The notes under the pieces: model-generated
The model's input: the letters and a program-made list of their open reading frames with translations, nothing else
Databases searched by the model: none
Told to the model about the DNA's origin: nothing
Translations under genes and position numbers: made by a program
Assembly: GCA_949745755.1 (NCBI GenBank)
Contig: CATJZL010000053.1
Location: forward strand, 1 to 52,485
Source: an uncultured Bacilli bacterium
GTDB lineage: Bacteria > Bacillota_I > Bacilli_A > RF39 > UBA660
Length of the DNA stretch: 52,485 nt
Reading direction: 5' to 3'
Shown here: positions 50,043-52,485 of the stretch, one piece after another
Numbering within the stretch: position 1 is the stretch's first letter
Layout: each line of letters starts with the position of its first letter

Positions 50043-50963
50043 ATGAATTTTGATTATAACTTTGGAAATCAATACTATAAATATATGGGAAAAGAGGGAT
50101 TACAAACAAAAGTATATACCATAATGGCTCCTGAACAATCTCAAAAAACACAACCTGGTATGGAATATTTAATGACACCTAAACCAGTATTTGATAATAA
50201 AGATTATAAAGGAAGCGGAAAGTTAAAAGATAAAGTAGCAATTATCACGGGAGCAGATAGTGGACTCGGAAGAGCAGCAGCCATTGCTTTTACAAAAGAA
50301 GGAGCAAAAGTAGTAATTCCATACTATGATGAACACATAGATGCAAATTATACAAAAAACTATATAGAGTCTTTAGGAGGAGAATGTCTATTATTATCAG
50401 GCGATATTTCAAACAAAAACTTTTGTAAAAGCATAGTCGAAAAAACATTACAAAGATTTGGAAAAATTGATGTATTAGTAAACAATGCAGGAGTACAATA
50501 TCAACAAGATAAATTAGAAAATATTACAGATGAACAATTTGATAGAACAATGAAAGTAAATGTATATGGAATGTTTTATCTAACAAAAGAAGTTTTACCT
50601 TACTTAAAGTCAGGTGCCTCAATCATTAACTTAACCTCAGTAACAGCCTTTTATGGAGATCCACAGCTTATGGATTATGTTACAACAAAAGGAGCAATTG
50701 TAGGATTTACAAGAGCACTAGCAAGAAATCTAGCACTTAAAAATATCAGAGTAAATGCCATAGCACCAGGATTTTTTTGGACACCCTTACAACCAGCATG
50801 TTGGGTAAAAGAGAAAATCCCATCTCTTGGTTCAGATGCCGCTATGGCAAGAGGAGCAATGCCTTATGAGTTAGCACCAACCTATGTTTTTCTAGCATCA
50901 GACGATTCAAGCTATGTAACAGGGCAAGTCATTCATAATAATGGCGGGCAAGTAATGGGCTAA
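50043..50963 (+). CDS. SDR oxidoreductase, general-stress YdaD/YghA-like
   Basis: Q..QPG.E..M.P.P, YKGSGKL..K.A.ITG.DSG.GRA, DY..TKGAI, VFLAS..SSYVTGQ. Confidence 0.92.
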   Translation: MNFDYNFGNQYYKYMGKEGLQTKVYTIMAPEQSQKTQPGMEYLMTPKPVFDNKDYKGSGKLKDKVAIITGADSGLGRAAAIAFTKEGAKVVIPYYDEHIDANYTKNYIESLGGECLLLSGDISNKNFCKSIVEKTLQRFGKIDVLVNNAGVQYQQDKLENITDEQFDRTMKVNVYGMFYLTKEVLPYLKSGASIINLTSVTAFYGDPQLMDYVTTKGAIVGFTRALARNLALKNIRVNAIAPGFFWTPLQPACWVKEKIPSLGSDAAMARGAMPYELAPTYVFLASDDSSYVTGQVIHNNGGQVMG

Positions 50964-51031
50964 CAAAAAATGCCTATAATTAGAAATATCTGATTCGCAT
51001 ATATCTATTCTGTATAGAAAAATATAACAAT

Positions 51032-51058
51032 AAGGTCTTATTTTCAAGACTTTTTTTA
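51032..51058 (+). terminator. Putative terminator
   Basis: GTCTT..AAGAC stem plus T7. Confidence 0.5.
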
Positions 51059-51126
51059 TTCATTTCCTACAGAATGATTATATAAAATCTGTCTTATCTC
51101 AAATAAAAACAGACAAAATCTTTTTA

Positions 51127-51155
51127 TTGAAAACTAGTATTTATAGTACTATAAT
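51127..51155 (+). promoter_or_regulatory. Putative sigma-A promoter
   Basis: TTGAAA-N17-TATAAT. Confidence 0.55.
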
Positions 51156-51346
51156 GAATCTATAGATATACTTGAGAGTATTAGGATATGTTTAACCAAT
51201 AGTATGCTATCTAATTAGCTAGTTAATATAGCAAAATAAAAAACAAAGAATGTAATAAAAAATTGAAATAAACGATGAGTCTAGATTAGAAAGATATTGG
51301 AAAGGTTAAAGAATAATTTTAAGCATAATAATAAATTATTCCTGAT

Positions 51347-51857
51347 ATGATTTTAAGAAAGAAGCGTAGTAGTATGGTTAATTTAAAAAAGGCAATTCAT
51401 TCTCATTGGAAATTATTTATTTTTATATTTTGTCTTGTATTTATAATATATATTTTCTTTATAAATAGAAAACTTTCTCTAGACGAAATAAATAAACATT
51501 TAGAAGAAACAGAAAGGATTAAGTTAAGGATAGAAAACAAGGTAAATGATAAGTCTACTACTATAAAAAAAGAAATAAAAAATGATAAAGAAGTAAAAGA
51601 AATTGTAACATTCTTAACTAAATCTATATATTAACTCTATGTATAAAAATAAAGAGGAAGTCTGGGATACACTTGAAAAAATTTATAGATCAACAACATA
51701 TGTCTTAAATTTTTTAAATGAAAAGGGACATACTATTATAAAAATGAGAATTACAACTAAAGGCCATCACTCCTTAGAAATATATATGAATGGACATTAT
51801 TATAATATAAGTACTAAAAATAGTAGTAAATTATTTAATATTTTAGAAAATACATAA
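51347..51857 (+). pseudogene. Membrane-anchored hypothetical protein probably split in two (51347-51634 and 51639-51857)
   Basis: 4-nt gap, no RBS for second ORF, frames overlap across a TATATA run. Confidence 0.45.
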
Positions 51858-52096
51858 AAATTGTATGATGATAAAAATAGACTATTTAATAATAAAAAGT
51901 TGAATGGTTCTTTTTTATCGATTTTAAATGTATGAAAAAGAGGGTTTAAAACAAAAACGAAAATAAAATAGATAGTTTTTTGTAATATTATGAAGCAGTA
52001 TCTAATCTCTAAAAATAAAGACAAGAACAAGACAAATTGTTTATACATGAATTGTAACTATACCTTTTATTTGATAAAATAAAAATATATATTGCA

Positions 52097-52312
52097 ATGA
52101 TTCAAAAGAAGAGAATGGATGTGAATAAAATGGATTATATTTATAAAGAGTTAAATCAAAGAAAAGAGAATTTAGTAAGTTTAATAGAATATGTAAAAAC
52201 TTTAACAGATAAAGAATTAGAAGATATATTTGATAATGAAACAATAAATAGAAATATAAAAACAACAATTGTAGAAATTGGTTATGAAAGAATAAAAAGA
52301 TTACCTTTCTGA
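52097..52312 (+). CDS. Small hypothetical protein whose stop codon is the IS3 terminus (start likely ATG 52130)
   Basis: TGA 52310-52312 coincides with the first bases of the IS3 inverted repeat. Confidence 0.45.
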   Translation: MIQKKRMDVNKMDYIYKELNQRKENLVSLIEYVKTLTDKELEDIFDNETINRNIKTTIVEIGYERIKRLPF

Positions 52313-52386
52313 ACTGAACCCCAAAAATTGGACAGTTTATAAATAGTTATTAAATAGAGGATTGTAACCTATAATTTATAGGGGAC
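52310..52386 (-). mobile_element. Right end of an IS3-family (IS150-like) element, interrupted
   Basis: TGAACTGAACCCCAAAAATTGGACA terminal repeat; minus strand 52385-52350 encodes SPINYRLQSSI*, typical of an OrfB C-terminus. Confidence 0.8.
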
Positions 52387-52485
52387 GAGTGTGTAAATAA
52401 ATCTGTGTAAATAGAAATCTTTCCATGATAGAATAAAAGAAATGGAGAGATTTTTATTATGAAAGAAAATAACAAAGGAAAAGAA
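52387..52485 (+). mobile_element. Left end of an IS256-family element, truncated by window edge
   Basis: GAGTGTGTAAATAAATCTGTGTAA terminal repeat, TGATAGAAT -10, GGAG RBS, ATG 52459 (MKENNKGKE). Confidence 0.75.

Noticed and set aside
40402-50963. Integron-like cassette array
   Set aside because: Many small co-oriented genes, but intergenic gaps are short with no repeated attC-like element and no tyrosine integrase
789-52268. Numerous short minus-strand Leu/Phe/Ile-rich ORFs in the track
   Set aside because: Antisense shadows of A-rich + strand genes; no RBS or motifs
24713-52386. Composite transposon bounded by the two IS256-like ends
   Set aside because: The ends differ at 5/24 positions, the left one has no transposase, and the flanks (AGGACAAA vs TAGGGGAC) are not a target duplication
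1-52485. Alternative genetic code (UGA=Trp) explaining split genes
   Set aside because: Conserved Trp residues use TGG, intact genes end at TGA, and the splits are frameshifts or TAA

Overview
AT-rich, strongly + strand-biased window from a low-GC Gram-positive (Bacillota/Bacilli-like) genome using standard code 11. An uncultured gut Bacilli lineage such as RF39 is plausible but is an inference only. The window runs from the 3' part of a 5S rRNA gene to nested IS ends, so it is probably a whole contig bounded by repeats. In order it holds: tsaE-tsaB-rimI-tsaD; a fucO-FIST-aldehyde dehydrogenase operon; a ~22 kb cell-wall polysaccharide locus (Wzt/Wzm, rhamnosyl- and other glycosyltransferases, DUF2142, GT11, flippase, GT2+DUF2304, GtrA) that encloses two convergent ChW-repeat surface-protein genes; an orphan XRE/SHOCT-like/large serine recombinase module; a SWIM-SNF2 ATPase; and many small accessory genes (Tag, PnuC, HD fusion, three Nudix, CYTH, SDRs, TfoX), several of them frameshifted. 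The most notable observation concerns the minus-strand 636-aa ChW surface protein, which has no translatable signal peptide. About 430 bp away on the opposite strand is a promoter + RBS + orphan signal-peptide stub. Inverting the ~431 bp between two imperfect inverted sites would fuse the stub in frame (MKNNLTKKTSKGLLAALAMTAALGSTAVIP|VNA-AE...). This is a candidate intragenic invertible ON/OFF switch, with a large serine recombinase 2.4 kb away as a possible catalyst. All family calls come from motif recognition, not database searches.
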